A stretch of DNA of 63,897 nucleotides from Octopus bimaculoides (taxonomy: Eukaryota): assembly GCF_001194135.2 (NCBI RefSeq), contig NC_068988.1:55321231-55385127 (forward strand), written 5' to 3'. The notes below the pieces were generated by a model. It was not told the origin of the DNA. It ran no database searches and was given only the letters and a program-made list of their open reading frames with translations. Below are positions 13,415 through 27,900 of the stretch, piece by piece. The position numbers and the translations under genes were made by a program. Numbering within the stretch: position 1 is the first letter of the stretch; every line of letters begins with the position of its first letter.

Positions 13415-16400
13415 TTCAATATATTAGCCTACTGTGGCTTTTAATAACATTTATTTATAGAATTTAATGAAAATGTGTCAGTGGGATGATTAATGGTGCT
13501 AGGAGTATAGCAAGGAAGGCAGACATTAAACGATGAAGATGATGTGTGTGTGATATATCTACTTCCGTATTTTAAATTTATAGTCTGTTGTTTTTGTATA
13601 AAGAAATGTGAAAAGATGAAACATTTTTATGTTTCCTAATGGCTTTTTAGAGTCAATACATTAAAGTATCAGTCATATACTGGGGTTCATGAAATTGGTT
13701 TAACCATTCCTCTCAAAATTGCTAATCTTACAAGTAATAAGCTATCCAACATAGCCATCCACATAGTCTCAGATTCAGTCCCATTGGGTGGTGCTTTGAG
13801 CAAGTTTCTTCTTCTGTAGCCATGAGCCAACCAAAGCCTTGTGAGTGGATTTGATAAATGGAAACTGAAAGAAGCCTGTCGTGTGTGTCCATTACTGTCT
13901 CCTTGTCCTGATATCACGTGATGGTTGTAAACGAGCATCGCTGTCTTGCAGTAACTGTCTTTGGGCACTAGACCAACAAATTTGAAGGGAGGGGCAAGTA
14001 AATTACATTGACCCCCAGTACTTGTACTTTATTCTATCAACCCCAGAGAGATGAAAGGCAAAATTAATCCCAGCAGAATTTGACCTCAGAATGTAATGAG
14101 TTGAAAAGAATACCACAAAGCATTTTGTCCAGTGCATTAATGGTTCTACCAGTTTGCTCCCTTCATAATGTTTTAATAATAATAATTACAATGATTTCTT
14201 TATCTCTGGACTGAGTGATGTTATTGGTGTCTTTTTTTTTTTTTTTTGTTTCCTCTAGTAAATTATTCCATGTACGTCCAGTTACTCAAGGAGATGTGTA
14301 TCGAGCTGATTCTAAAGATATTCCAAGAATATTTCAGGTAATTATTTATCATCACATTTTCTAAAAGCTCCATTATAACCTGTTATCAAACACTCTTGAC
14401 CCTGTGCAACACCAAACCATGCTGAACTTCACTACGACACATCATACGATAGCGCACCACTTTATGCTGTAAACACAACATCATGCTATATCACAACACC
14501 CTCATGCCATGCGATGCCATGCCACATAACACCCAGCTATTTTGTAACAAAACCATATCACGCTACATCAAGCTATAAAGCTGGCACTCTGTTGGTTATG
14601 ATGGTGAGTGTTCCAGTTGATCTGATCAGCTGAACAGCCTGCTCATGAAATTAATGAGCAAGTGGCTGAGCACTCCACAGACACATGTACCCTTCATGTA
14701 GTTCTCAGGGAGATCCAGTGTGACACAATGTTACAAGGCTGGGCATTTTGAACTACAGGTACAACTCACTTTTTCCACCTGAGTGGACTGGAGCAACTTG
14801 AAATAAAGCGTCTTGATCAAGGACACAATGTGTCATCAGGAATCAAACTCATGACCTTACAATCATGAGCCAAATACCCTTAACCATTTAGTCACATGCT
14901 TTCACACCTCATGCTATACCACAAACACCCCATGCTATACCACAAACATCCCATGCTATACTACAAACACGTCATGCTATACCAAAAACCCCTCATGCTA
15001 TACCACAAACACCTCATGCTATACCACAAACACCTCATGCTATACAACAAACACCTCACTTGAAGTTTCTGCAAATTCTAACTCAGATGATTTGCTATAA
15101 CAGTTTCATATATATATATAACATCACAAAAACTGAGCTACAGAGACTAAATTTCTTGAGGACATAATCCCTTGCTACAAAACACCATTCAGCTCATTAA
15201 TTTCCCATTTATAAACACTAATTTAAGAACCTCTATATGACTGTTCAGTCTGCTAGAAATAGTGGCAAAATCTTCCTTAAATCACACTCTGCAGTCTTAA
15301 AGACAACACATTGGGCAATATAATCCTGGATATTCTTAAGTTAAGGATGGTCATGATTGGAATGCTTTTATTCAGAGATCTGCTTAATTTTGGGTTTACT
15401 TATCTTTTGAACCTGCAGCAATAGCACTCAGATTTGCTCTTTATTTTTGCTCCTGTAATGATTTTTTTCTTCTTCAAATGCTGTGATATTTTGTGCTATT
15501 TTGCTCCAAACTCAATAAACACACACATCACTTTGTCAAACACTTCAGTCTTCTTCAGAACTGCTCCCTTACAAATGTCTCCTTCTCCACAATCTTCTGA
15601 CAGACATCAATCAGGCTGAACATCAGCTGTTTCACCTCATCCATTTGGGATGGCTTGCAGAGGGAATGGGTGTTACCTAACTTCATTCAACTAAAAATAT
15701 TTATAAGAAAAAAAAAAGAAACAACCTTCCCCTAGCTGTTATATCATAACACATTGCATCATACTTAACATACAGTACATTATATCCTGTAGCTTGTATA
15801 ACTATATCATTGTTGCACCTAATTTTACATGTTTGTTTTTATCTCATATTACATATTGACCTTCTACAGTTGGTAGCTTGTGGAATATAGCAGTAAGCCT
15901 GTAGCATATTATTTTACAACAATGGGAAGCCTGCAGTCTAACTCCCTCTTTTCTCTTGCAGACAGTCTCTGGTCTAACTCTCTCTTTCCGCTTGCAATCA
16001 GTCTCCAGTCTAGCTTCCTTCATAGACAGCCTATTGTCTGCCTTTATAGCAAGCAAGCAAGCTGTGGACCAACTCCTTCTTTAGCAGACGACTTGCACGA
16101 TAAAACAAAAAAGAAAATTACTGTATTTATATTTTATTTTATTAATTTCTTAGAAGAAATTCTGTGGTGAAGTATTTAGCACAATGTCTCATGTTTTTTC
16201 TTTGAGATGACACAAATAGTCTCTCTTTCTTTTTTTAACTCTGTCATTTGCCCATCTCATGCTCTAGTTCTCTCTCAACACATACACACACACACACACA
16301 CACACTCTCTCTCTCTCTCTCCCGTTTTTGTACTGCATATACATACAGATTCCATGCACACCACAAACACGTNNNNNNNNNNNNNNNNNCTGTCCTAAGT

Positions 16401-19400
16401 CATCAACTCCTGACTTGTATTTTTCCTGTTATTCTTGTGGAGGTTAGTTAATTGTATAGTATGTCCTGTTGAGTTCCACTGCTTCTTTTGGTTTCTATTG
16501 TGGTTGGTGTTATTACTAAAGAAATCTATCATCAATTGTTGAACAGCTAATGTTTACCAGTCACAATGGCATATGGGATATTTTGTTTCTGATTTCTCTT
16601 GACTCCATTATTTTTAATTCTCCTGTGCCTGTGAGCTGTTTTGGGACAGATCTATATTTACTATAAAATAACATTTGCTTATGAACTGCATCATCATCGT
16701 CTTCATGTAATGCCTGTTGTCCTTGCTGGCATGGGTTGGATGGTTTGATCAGAGCCAGAAAACTGGGGAGCTGCACCAGGCTCCAGTCTGTTTTTGGCAT
16801 AGCATCTATGCCTGAATGTACTTCCTAACGCCAACCATGTTACAGTGTGCTAGGTGCTTTTACCTGGCATTGCCTGTGCACTTTTATGTGACACTGGCAC
16901 AGGGCTCTTGCAGACCAATCCTTTACACCAGAGGCACCAGCCTTAACATATGTATCTCTGTTTCTATATATATGCTTACTTAAGCTCTTTTCTCTCTATG
17001 GTGCACAGGCCTTCAATGACTTTACTCCATTGCTTTCAACACTGGGCTGTCTTTCCTATTTCTCTCTAGTTGGCTCCCTGATTTTTCAGATCTGCCCCAC
17101 TATCCCACCACATCCTACCAGATTTTAAAAATCTAGGGTGTGAATTGAAGAGAGAAATGTCTGCTATTTCTAGCAGGCTGAATGACCACATAGAGGCTCT
17201 GTCATTTTCAGTGGTAGACTTAACCTGTTGCCTTGTATAAAACCATCCCTGGCATCTTGGCATCTTGGGTGTCTTTAGTGAAGTCTAATCTGTTGTAAGC
17301 ATTCAGGTGGGTCAAGTTTCTTCCCTCTTTTCACTCACAGCAGTTTGAGGGGTTAGGGGCACTGCTTTCTCACCTGAACAAAAGATGAAGAAAAAAAAAA
17401 GATTTATCAAGTTTTATATATATGTTGATACTTTGTATTACAGTGACTTGTATATATGTTTTCTTTTTTTTCTAAGACTCATTCTCTGTTCACTTCCTGT
17501 GCGTTATTCTATGCACTATTCATGCAATTTTGGCTACTTTTTCTGATGAGTTGTAGTGCACCTGAGCACTGTATACAATAAGTTCATCATCATCACTGTT
17601 ATTGTTATTATTATTATCATCATTATTATATGTTTGGCTTGTGCAAGTTGACTCCAAGTCTCACCCAAAAATCTCAAGAGACAACAAGTTAGAAGTTGAA
17701 GTTGGTGTTATGATTAGGGTGCCATACATTTGGTTTTGCTCAGAGTATTGTTCTACAGAATGTCTGTCAAAACATAACTTCTTAGAAGTTTGTTTTAAAA
17801 GTAATTTGATTATAAGACGATAGTCTGACATTAAGATGACACTAAAAGATGTTGTTGTTGCTGTTATTATTATTTTATCCTTTCGGGGTCAATAAATTAA
17901 GTACCAGTTGAGTGCTGGGGTCGATGTGATTGACTGTCCTCTCCCCACAAAATCCAGGCCTTGTACCTATAGTAGAAAAGATTATTATTATTATTGTGAG
18001 ATCTCAAGAAGAGATCAGAGTAGTAACTATAATAACAAGTAGAGTTAATCATCATATAAAGTGGTTGTTCCTTGTTACTACTAGTTTAACCCTAGGCAGA
18101 TCTTCCACCAGCTGGTTATCAGTGCAATGCTGCACCCTTTATATACAATATATATTGCTAGCAGGGGAAGCACACCCCTACCATCCTCTAGCAGACAACA
18201 GGATTGTGAGACTGACTCAATTCTGGGCTGATTGGCTCATCTTCAGTTGCGAGTATCTGGTTGCGAATATCAGTGATAACCAGGGTCTGTTCCAGCCAGC
18301 AATATATTGTAAACAAAGCGACTATCAGCCACTGATTTGCAACAAACAAAATAGCTAGCTGTAAAATCTCAAGAAGAGATCAGAGTAGTAACTATACTAA
18401 CAACTATAGGCGCAGGAGTGGTTGTGTGGTAAGTAGCTTGCTTACCAACCACATGGTTCTGGGTTCAGTCCTACTGCGTGGCACCTTGGGCAAGTGTCTT
18501 GTACTATAGCCTCGGGCCGACAAAAGCCTTGTGAGTGGATTTGGTAGATGGAAATTGAAAGAAGCCCGTCGTATATATGTATATATGTATATATATATCT
18601 ATATATATATATATATATATGTATATNNNNNNNNNNNNNNNNNNNNNNNNNNNNNNNNNNNNNNNNNNNNNNNNNNNNNNNNNNNNNNNNNNNNNNNNNN
18701 NNNNNNNNNNNNNNNNNNNNNNNNNNNNNNNNNNNNNNNNNNNNNNNNNNNNNNNNNNNNNNNNNNNNNNNNNNNNNNNNNNNNNNNNNNNNNNNNNNNN
18801 NNNNNNNNNNNNNNNNNNNNNNNNNNNNNNNNNNNNNNNNNNNNNNNNNNNNNNNNNNNNNNNNNNNNNNNNNNNNNNNNNNNNNNNNNNNNNNNNNNNN
18901 NNNNNNNNNNNNNNNNNNNNNNNNNNNNNNNNNNNNNNNNNNNNNNNNNNNNNNNNNNNNNNNNNNNNNNNNNNNNNNNNNNNNNNNNNNNNNNNNNNNN
19001 NNNNNNNNNNNNNNNNNNNNNNNNNNNNNNNNNNNNNNNNNNNNNNNNNNNNNNNNNNNNNNNNNNNNNNNNNNNNNNNNNNNNNNNNNNNNNNNNNNNN
19101 NNNNNNNNNNNNNNNNNNNNNNNNNNNNNNNNNNNNNNNCGCTTGACAACTGATGTTGGTGTGTTTACGTCCCCCTAACTTAGCGGTTCGGCCAAAGAGG
19201 CCGATAGAATAAGTACTAGGCTTCCAAAGAATAAGTCCTGGGGTCGATTTGCTCGACTAAAGGCGGTGATCCAGCATGGCCGCAGTCAAATGACTGAAAC
19301 AATTAAAAGAGTAAGTATTATTATAGTAAATTGAACTGATTGCTTGGTTTAATATCATTTTCTGGCCTTTGGATGTCTTTATCTAGATCCAAATTGTTGC

Positions 19401-22400
19401 AAGCATTTGAACTAGTTTTCCCATTTGAATATAGTGCAATGTCTTAAAGTGTTGTTTTCTACTGCAGAAGCTCCATGAGCCATGTTTTTTTCTTTTTTCT
19501 TTTATCCATTTCCTAACCATCTTAGAGAGGTTCTACAAAAGTCTGGATGTTGCCTTTCCTCCACTGACTAAGTAAAGAAGAAAAAATTGTTTTAACACTG
19601 TGTAATAATGTGATATGGAATATTTACCTCATGCCAGCATATGTGATGTTTGTTTAACAGCTAATGATACTGGCCAAAGGAATTGGAATATAATGCATCA
19701 TATCAGTGATTTTAATGTTCTGCATGAGTGAATTTGAGTGTCCCTGGTAACTCCAACCCCACCCCTCCACCTACATCCTCACTACTGCTCAATGTGAGTT
19801 GTCATGTGATGTATGAGATAACTCAGAGATTCCTGAGAAAGCTTTTGAGAAAAGCATTTAGGTTGTTTTTCATGCGAGTGCATGCTCACACTCATGCACA
19901 CACACACACACGCTCTCTCTCTCTCNNNNNNNNNNNNNNNNNNNNNNNNNNNNNNNNNNNNNNNNNNNNNNNNNNNNNNNNNNNNNNNNNNNNNNNNNNN
20001 NNNNNNNNNNNNNNNNNNNNNNNNNNNNNNNNNNNNNNNNNNNNNNNNNNNNNNNNNNNNNNNNNNNNATGCTAAATCTTCATATGGCAGAACTGAAATA
20101 TATTGAGTAAACTAATAAAAAAAAACTAATAAAAATGCTTTGGTAAGACCAAAATGATTCCAGTTTCCTATTGACCAATTGATTTTTTCCAATAAATGTT
20201 TATTGACCAGTTAATTGTGTTTCGTGACTAGTTGTTATTTTGTTAATGTTTACTAATCAGTTAATTTTTTTTTTTATTCCAGATTCTCTATGCAACAGAA
20301 GGAGAAAACATAAAACCAGGCGAGACTGCACAAGAAAGTCAGGTCAGTGGCTGTTCGTTTGTTTGTTTGTTTTTTTTTTTTGTTTAACCCCAGGACAGAG
20401 CTGATCAAGTAGACTTGTGATCAACGATGTTTCAGGAACGACCTTCCTGTTTTTTTCAGGAATATCTAGGGCTGTGCTCTTATTTTTTTTTTGATTATTA
20501 AGATACAGTTAAATGGAGATTTGACTGCTATTTCTTGCAGCTCACACGACCACATAGAGACTTTTTTGTTGGTTTGAGTTATATTAGATTTTGGTGACTA
20601 AGAAATGTTTTGTGAAGAAATACTGTCCCCAGGCTGAGTTTGGTCTGTGTGAGAAGTGCACCAGATGTTTTGCATGTATGCATCAGAAATGACATGTTTT
20701 CTCATGTTGAAACTACATAACGTGTCTAGATAACTACAAATTTACTGTATCTTATAACCATCCTACTCTTAAATAGTTGCTGTCAGACACTCATCTTAAT
20801 GTAACATCATGATACCAGCATTCATGATGTCTGCATTGTGACTTTCGACTATCCTTATATCTTATAGTCTGTGTAACAGCTGTTTCCATTTGCATGGCCC
20901 ATCCTGTACTCCACATTTGATGGCATATTGGCTGCGCTGTCATTTCAACATTGCATATTCAGGGAAAATGTTTTCAGTGCATTAAAGCTTGCAATATTTG
21001 ACTCTTTAGCATTCAGATTATTCTGTCAAATGCAATGCTTATTCATTTGCATTGTTCTCAATAAATCATGCATTATCTCATAGCTCTGAGGTTTTGACAA
21101 TGTGATTGCTTATTCTTAGAACAGCATTGTACGACAGGTGTGAGAATCCAGATTTAGCTGGTTTGAACATAAAATAAGTAGAATATTTTGGCAAGATATG
21201 GCCAGTTTAAACGTTAAAGGGTTAAAATAGCAGTATATTACAAAACATTACAAAAGTCCCCTAACTATATCAGAAAGAATTACAGCTTATAAAAAGTTAG
21301 CAGTACAGCTGGACATATAGAGTCAGGCTAATTAGAAGAGACAGTCTGGCTTAAAATAAGCCTCTAGTAGTGAGTGTCAGGGACAAAATTAGAGAAGATT
21401 TAACTTTGCATATAAGACCTGATGTGTTTCTTTTTTGTCTTATTTAAAATTTTTTTTTTTTTTTTTTTTGAAAAAGCAGTTTCTTATATGCTATCAAATA
21501 TGATAGCAGTCTTTGTACTTAATGTTGTACGACTGCTATGCAATTGCCAGCCCTTTCATCTATGACCCATATAATGTTAGAGTTGTAATTGTACATAGCA
21601 TACAATAACTTATGTTTTGCAATATTCTCTAGTTTCACATAACATGCATTAAGCAGCTGATCTGTCTCATGGCCTGTGTTGTACAACTTATGCATCTTAC
21701 ATGTTAAATACTCTAAAACAGTGGTCCGCAACTGGGGTCCATATGGCCCTTCGGACCATATAAGAGTTTGTTAAAATTTATCTCCAATAAATTACTTATG
21801 CATCTACAATACACAAAATATTTTAAGAATTATTTTTGTACAATTCCTAATAATATTTAATTAATATTAGGATTTTTTTAAATCATTGAATGGCTAGGAG
21901 GGTCCACTCGACCAAAATAAAAAGCAAAGGGGATCTTAGATAAAAAAAATGGTTGAGAAACACTGCTTTTAAACCATGTGGTTGCAAAACGAGCTTCTTA
22001 ACAATATGACCATGATTCTTTATGTTGGCCCAAATTTATAGGGAAAGCATATTGCTGATTGAATCTACCTGTGTACATAACTGATGCTTATTAAAACAAA
22101 ATCTGGAGGTACAAAGAGCAATGTGTACATTAGCAGAGTTTGAACTCAGATCATTAGCAGAAATAAATACTGGAAGATAATTATTTCATCACTGTATGAT
22201 TTCTACTAATCCACTCATTATTTATAATTGTTCTTTATATAATTCTGTTGTGTCTGGGGAGAGTCATTTTCTTATTGTGCCTTAAAATTTAACACACTCA
22301 CCGGTAAAATTTCCACTTATTTCTTATTTTTATTTTCCTAAAATTTTCGCTGCATCTTGCAACCTTTTCAATAGTCTTGACTCTTTATATAATTAATTTT

Positions 22401-24647
22401 TATTAATTTTTTTTCCATTTGCAGGATCGAACGGGTTTCTCATACAAAGGACATGACCTAATTCCAATTCATTACCGTATCCCTGCGACCTGTGATTCTT
22501 GTAACAAGCCTGTCTGGCACGTGATACACCCTCCCGCAGCTTTAGAATGCAAGCGTAAGTACACTTTGTCAAGCTACCACTGTCTCTTCATAATCTACCA
22601 TTTAAGCCATATAAGTTTGCTTTCTCAGCATGTTTTCAGCAATTGTTTGCTAATCCATTAATGAAGTAGTCGGATTAGGTTCAGCTGGAGAACTTCCCCA
22701 GACAACCTCCATCAACATTGGTTTGAAATCTTCGGTACAAAGCCAGCAATATCAGAGGATGCCAGTACTGAACTACTATTTATTTTATTAACCCTGAAAG
22801 GATGAAAGGCAAAGTCAACCCCAGTGAAATTTGAACTCAGAACATAAAGACTGACAAAATTCCGCTGAACATTTTGCCTGGCGTGCTAACGATTCTACTA
22901 GCTCACCACCCTACCACCTTTAATAACGGTTTCAAATTTTTGGTACAAAGCCAGCGATATCAGGGGACCTCACTCCTGAACTGCTATTTATTTTATTGAC
23001 CTCGAAAGGATGAAAGGCAAGGAGGAATTTGAACTCAGAATGTAAAGACAGACAAAGTGCCACTAAACATATTTACCTGGCATGCTCGTCACCCTACTGT
23101 CTCATTTGATATCGGTTTCAAATTTTGGCACAAGGCCAGCAAGTTTGGGGCGGAAGCTAGTTGATTATATTGACCCCTAACTGGAATGTATGTTATTGAC
23201 TTGGAAAGGATGAAAGGCAAAGTCGACCTGACTAGCATTTGAACCCACAATGGTAAGGACTGGCGAAATGGCACCAAGCATTTTGCCTGGCATACTAATG
23301 ATCCTGCTAATTCAATACCTTGCAACCTTTATTAGTATTGAGTAATAATAGATATGGACTAATTGTCAGTTGAGAAGATTAACATCAATCACTCCCCAAA
23401 ATCTTCAGAGTCTGGCAATGATTTCTTTTATCTTCTACTTGTTTCAATTATTGCACTGAGCCCATGTTGGGGTACTGCCTTGAACGGTTTAGTCGAACAG
23501 ATTGACACCAGTTTTTATTTTAAGGCTGGTGCTCATTCTATCGATCTCTTTTGTTGAACTTCTTATTTACATTGATGTAAACAAAGCAACACTAGTTGTC
23601 AGGCAGTGGGGGAGGGAAAAAAAAAAAAAAAAAAAGACATACACACACAGTTTTCATCTATCAAATTCGCTCCCAATTCATTTGTCAGCCTGGGGCTATA
23701 GTAAAAGACACCCAAGGTACTCTGCAGTGGCGCTGAACCCAAAACCACATGGTGGCAAAAACAAGCTTCTTAACCACATAGCTATGCTAGAAATAGAAAC
23801 AAGCAAAAAAAAAAAAAAGAACAAAAATACCAAACAAATTCTATGTTTAGACAATAAGGTCTAACTATTTTTAAAGGGAAGTCTGTCAGAGTATCAACTG
23901 ATGTTGTTACCCAGAATATGTATTTGTGGTAAGGATAAGTATGTTTTTTTTTTCTCTCTCTCTCTCTCTCTCTCTCTCCCCCCTCTGTTTTTTGTGCTGT
24001 TTCCTTCCTCCGTCTCTCTTTCCTTCTTTCCTAAAGAATTACAATAAAGATGGTAATGATGTGTGCATTTACATATTTAACTTTAAGATGGGCTAAAAAT
24101 GTTAATGAGGTAGTAAAAATGGACTTTAGAGGTTAATGACTGATAGTATGAAAATAGGTGTAATGGAGAGATTGTATCATGTCTCCCTCCTCCCCAAAAT
24201 GTGGAAACTTTCTTTCTTCCTTCTAAAGAATTAGAATAAAGATGCCAATGATGGATATTTACATATCTAGCTTTAGGATAGGTTAAAAATGTTAATGAGG
24301 TAGTAAAAATTGATTTTAGAGGTTAAGAACCACTGATAGTATGAAAACAGGTGTAATGAAGAGATTATATCATGTCTCTACTCCCATACCCAACAAAATA
24401 TGGAAAGAAATTATTAAAGCGCTGTTAAGTAAATGTGATTAAATGTTATCTTTTCCAGGATGTCATGTAAAAGTACATCGAGAACATTACGAAAAGGAAG
24501 AAGAATTTATAGGATATTGTAAAGGTAATGTATATTTATTAAACATATTCTGTGGTCTCTTCTGGCAGTTCAGGTTTCTGTCTTGATCTCTTGCCATATT
24601 TTGCAAGTACACTGTCACATATACAAGTATGCAAATATATATTCATA

Positions 24648-24723
<76 letters not shown>

Positions 24724-24898
24724 CTTATACCATCATCATCATCATCATCATCGTTTAACGTCCGCTTTCCATGCTAGCATGGGTTGGAAGTTTTGACTGG
24801 GGACTGGTGAACCAGATGGCTGCACCAGGCTCCAATCTGATCTGGCAGAGTTTCTACAGCTGGATGTCCTTCCTAACGCCAACCACTCNNNNNNNNNN

Positions 24899-24961
<63 letters not shown>

Positions 24962-27900
24962 CTTATACCATCATCATCATCATCATCATCGTTTAACGTC
25001 CGCTTTCCATGCTAGCATGGGTTGGAAGTTTTGACTGGGGACTGGTGAACCAGATGGCTGCACCAGGCTCCAATCTGATCTGGCAGAGTTTCTACAGCTG
25101 GATGTCCTTCCTAACGCCAACCACTCTGAGAGTGTAGAGTTATATGTATGCACAAACATATAGTTGTACATGTATGCACAAGAATACACACACTTGTCAG
25201 AACAAGCAGAAATATTCACAATTAGTGTTTGTGAAGGCACTTGACTCAGTGGTTAGAGCATCGGGCTCACAAATATGAGGTAGTGAGTTCAATTCCTGGA
25301 TCAGGCTGTGAGTTGTATACTTCAGCAAGACACTTATTTCATGTTGTTCCAGTTCACTCAGCTGTAGAAATGAGTTGTGACATCATTGGTGCCAAGCTAT
25401 ATTGGCTTTTGCCTTTCCCTTAGGTAACATCAGTGGCTTGGAGAGGGGAAGCTGGTATGTATGGTCAACTGCTGGTCTTCTATAACCAGCCCTACCTGGA
25501 CTTGTGCCTCAGAGGGTAACTTTCTAGGTGCAATCGCATGGTCATTCATGACCGAAAGGAGTCTTTATCCTCTTTTAGTGCTTGTGGTTGGATTGGATTG
25601 CCCATGTTCAGTCCACTGCTGGACAAATGCTTCAGCATATTCTCTCCACTAACCATGGTCTGATGTACAGGCTGTGAATTTGAGCTTGAAGTCGTACTGG
25701 GTTGATGAGCCTACTCTGCCACATGGCTTGGCATAGGGCTGCAGTTATTTTTATACTCTCACCCAAGAGTAGCTAAGTTGATTCCACGTGAAGTCCAATA
25801 GCATACTCTTGTTTCTTTGTTAGTGACCAGTTTATATTTTAGTTGTAAAAAAATACGGATTAGTAAATCATCACATACAATCTGTACCACATTACTCAGC
25901 ACGTGTACACACTTCTCTTCTCAATATACACATACATGTACTTACCACTATACCACATTGCTCAACACGTACTTGTACACTCAGCTTTACTCAGCACATA
26001 GATCCATGTCCATGCTACTCAACACAGTTATACATGCACACATCACAGTACTCAGCACACATATATGTACACATTTATACTATTGAATAGACTCATGCAC
26101 ATCCCACACTACTCAATGCTCACATATTTGTACACATCAGGCAACTCAGCACTGTCAGATATATACACTGTACACTACTTAGCACTCTTATGTGTATATC
26201 ACATTACTTCACACACACATACACTACATTACTCAATGTATGCATACATGCATACACTCTTGGCACTCCGTTGGTTACAATGATGAAGGTTCCAGCTGAT
26301 ATGATCAACGGAACAGCCTGTTTGTGACATTAATGTGCAAGTGGCTGAGCACTCCACAGACATGCATACCCTTAACACAGTTCTCAGGGAGATTCAGAGT
26401 GACACAGAATATGACCAGGCTAGCCCTTTGAATTACAGGTATGACTCATTTTTGCCAGATGAGTGAACTGGAGCTATGTGAAATAAAGCATCTTGCTCAA
26501 GGACTCAATGTCCATCAGGAATCGAACTCATGTTCTTACAATCATGAGCTGCATACCCTAACCATTAAGCCATGCACCTTCACAGCATACACCACACTAC
26601 ATGTACTCATTATACTAATCAACACACATACACACCACAGTATTCAACACATATTCAACACCTTGCCACTGTTCGTATGTTTGCATGTCACATTAGTGGA
26701 AACTGGTGCATGTCATTACTCCACTCATGTTCACCACAGCATACTAAACATGTACACAACACCATACTGAACACATGTATGACACTGCTCAAAACATGCA
26801 TAAAAGTACTCTACGCAAACATCTGTACTTCACACATAGGCTCAACACCACTTGAAACATTCACAACACCATATCAGACATGTGTACAACAACAGTCTAA
26901 GCATACACACATCAACACATCACACCACTAAATTCCCAAGTTACTGTATTTGGTGGTATAAAAAATGCATGGGCATGTTAGACACATCCCTTTTACAGTA
27001 GTACATACACAAGAAAAGGTTCTTTCATTGCATTAAAACTTATGGGTGGCCCAACTTTGCACAGAGGAAAGACCCAGAATGATTTTTTTTTTTTATGAGA
27101 CCTTTTTCTGGGAAGGAAAAGGTATGTTGTATATGCACCCATGCACTCATTTATAGCAATATATATGTCTTGTAGCATCTCATTAACTTTCTCAATATAT
27201 TATTTTTCAGTTAACTATGACATTCAAGCTAAGGAATTATTGCTGTTGGCTGAATCCTCAGAGAAACAAAAGTCCTGGGTGCAACATTTGGGGAGGAAAA
27301 TTCCTAAGAAAGGAATAACTCCGGCAGGATCAAGGTATGGAAATAAAACAGTAGATTTATTAAGTATTTGATTGTTTTTTGTTTTTTATTTCGTTGTGAT
27401 TTTTTTTATATATCTAATCAACTCTGATTAATTGAGGTTATCAACCATGGTATTTATCAGATGTTATTTGTTGGAGTGGACCAGTCACTATTTAAAAATA
27501 AATGCTGAATTACAGGGAATACAGATTGTATGATGTTTGTGTACGAAATTGGGTGCTGCTTAGGCATTGAATGTGGAAGATGATTTAAAGCTGGTTGGGA
27601 AGAAATGAGGTATGAATATTCTGATGAGTATGTAATATTAGTTTGCATGAACACTAGAACATGATTGAGCCGAAAGCTAAACTGAGTGTGCAGTGTGCCA
27701 GAAAGAAGAAGCTGTACTTGTACAATCATGTGATGTTGATGATGCATATGGTAGTAGACATTTGGATAAAGAATAGTCAAGATATCCAAATGGAAGGAAC
27801 CTATGGTACAAGAAGTGGTGGAAGCTGATCTCAAAAAGTTTATCATCACAGAGAGATGACAAAGGACCCAGAGCAAGTGTTATGTTGCTGTGCATCAGAA

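Noticed and set aside
15545-15620. Ser/Pro-rich frame after an AG in a ROCK intron
   Set aside because: Contains a stop, has no donor, and the flanking exons already join through the conserved IFQ-ILYA motif
24650-25110. Exact ~230-bp duplication on either side of a 10-N gap
   Set aside because: Typical overlap of contig ends in a scaffolded assembly rather than a real tandem repeat
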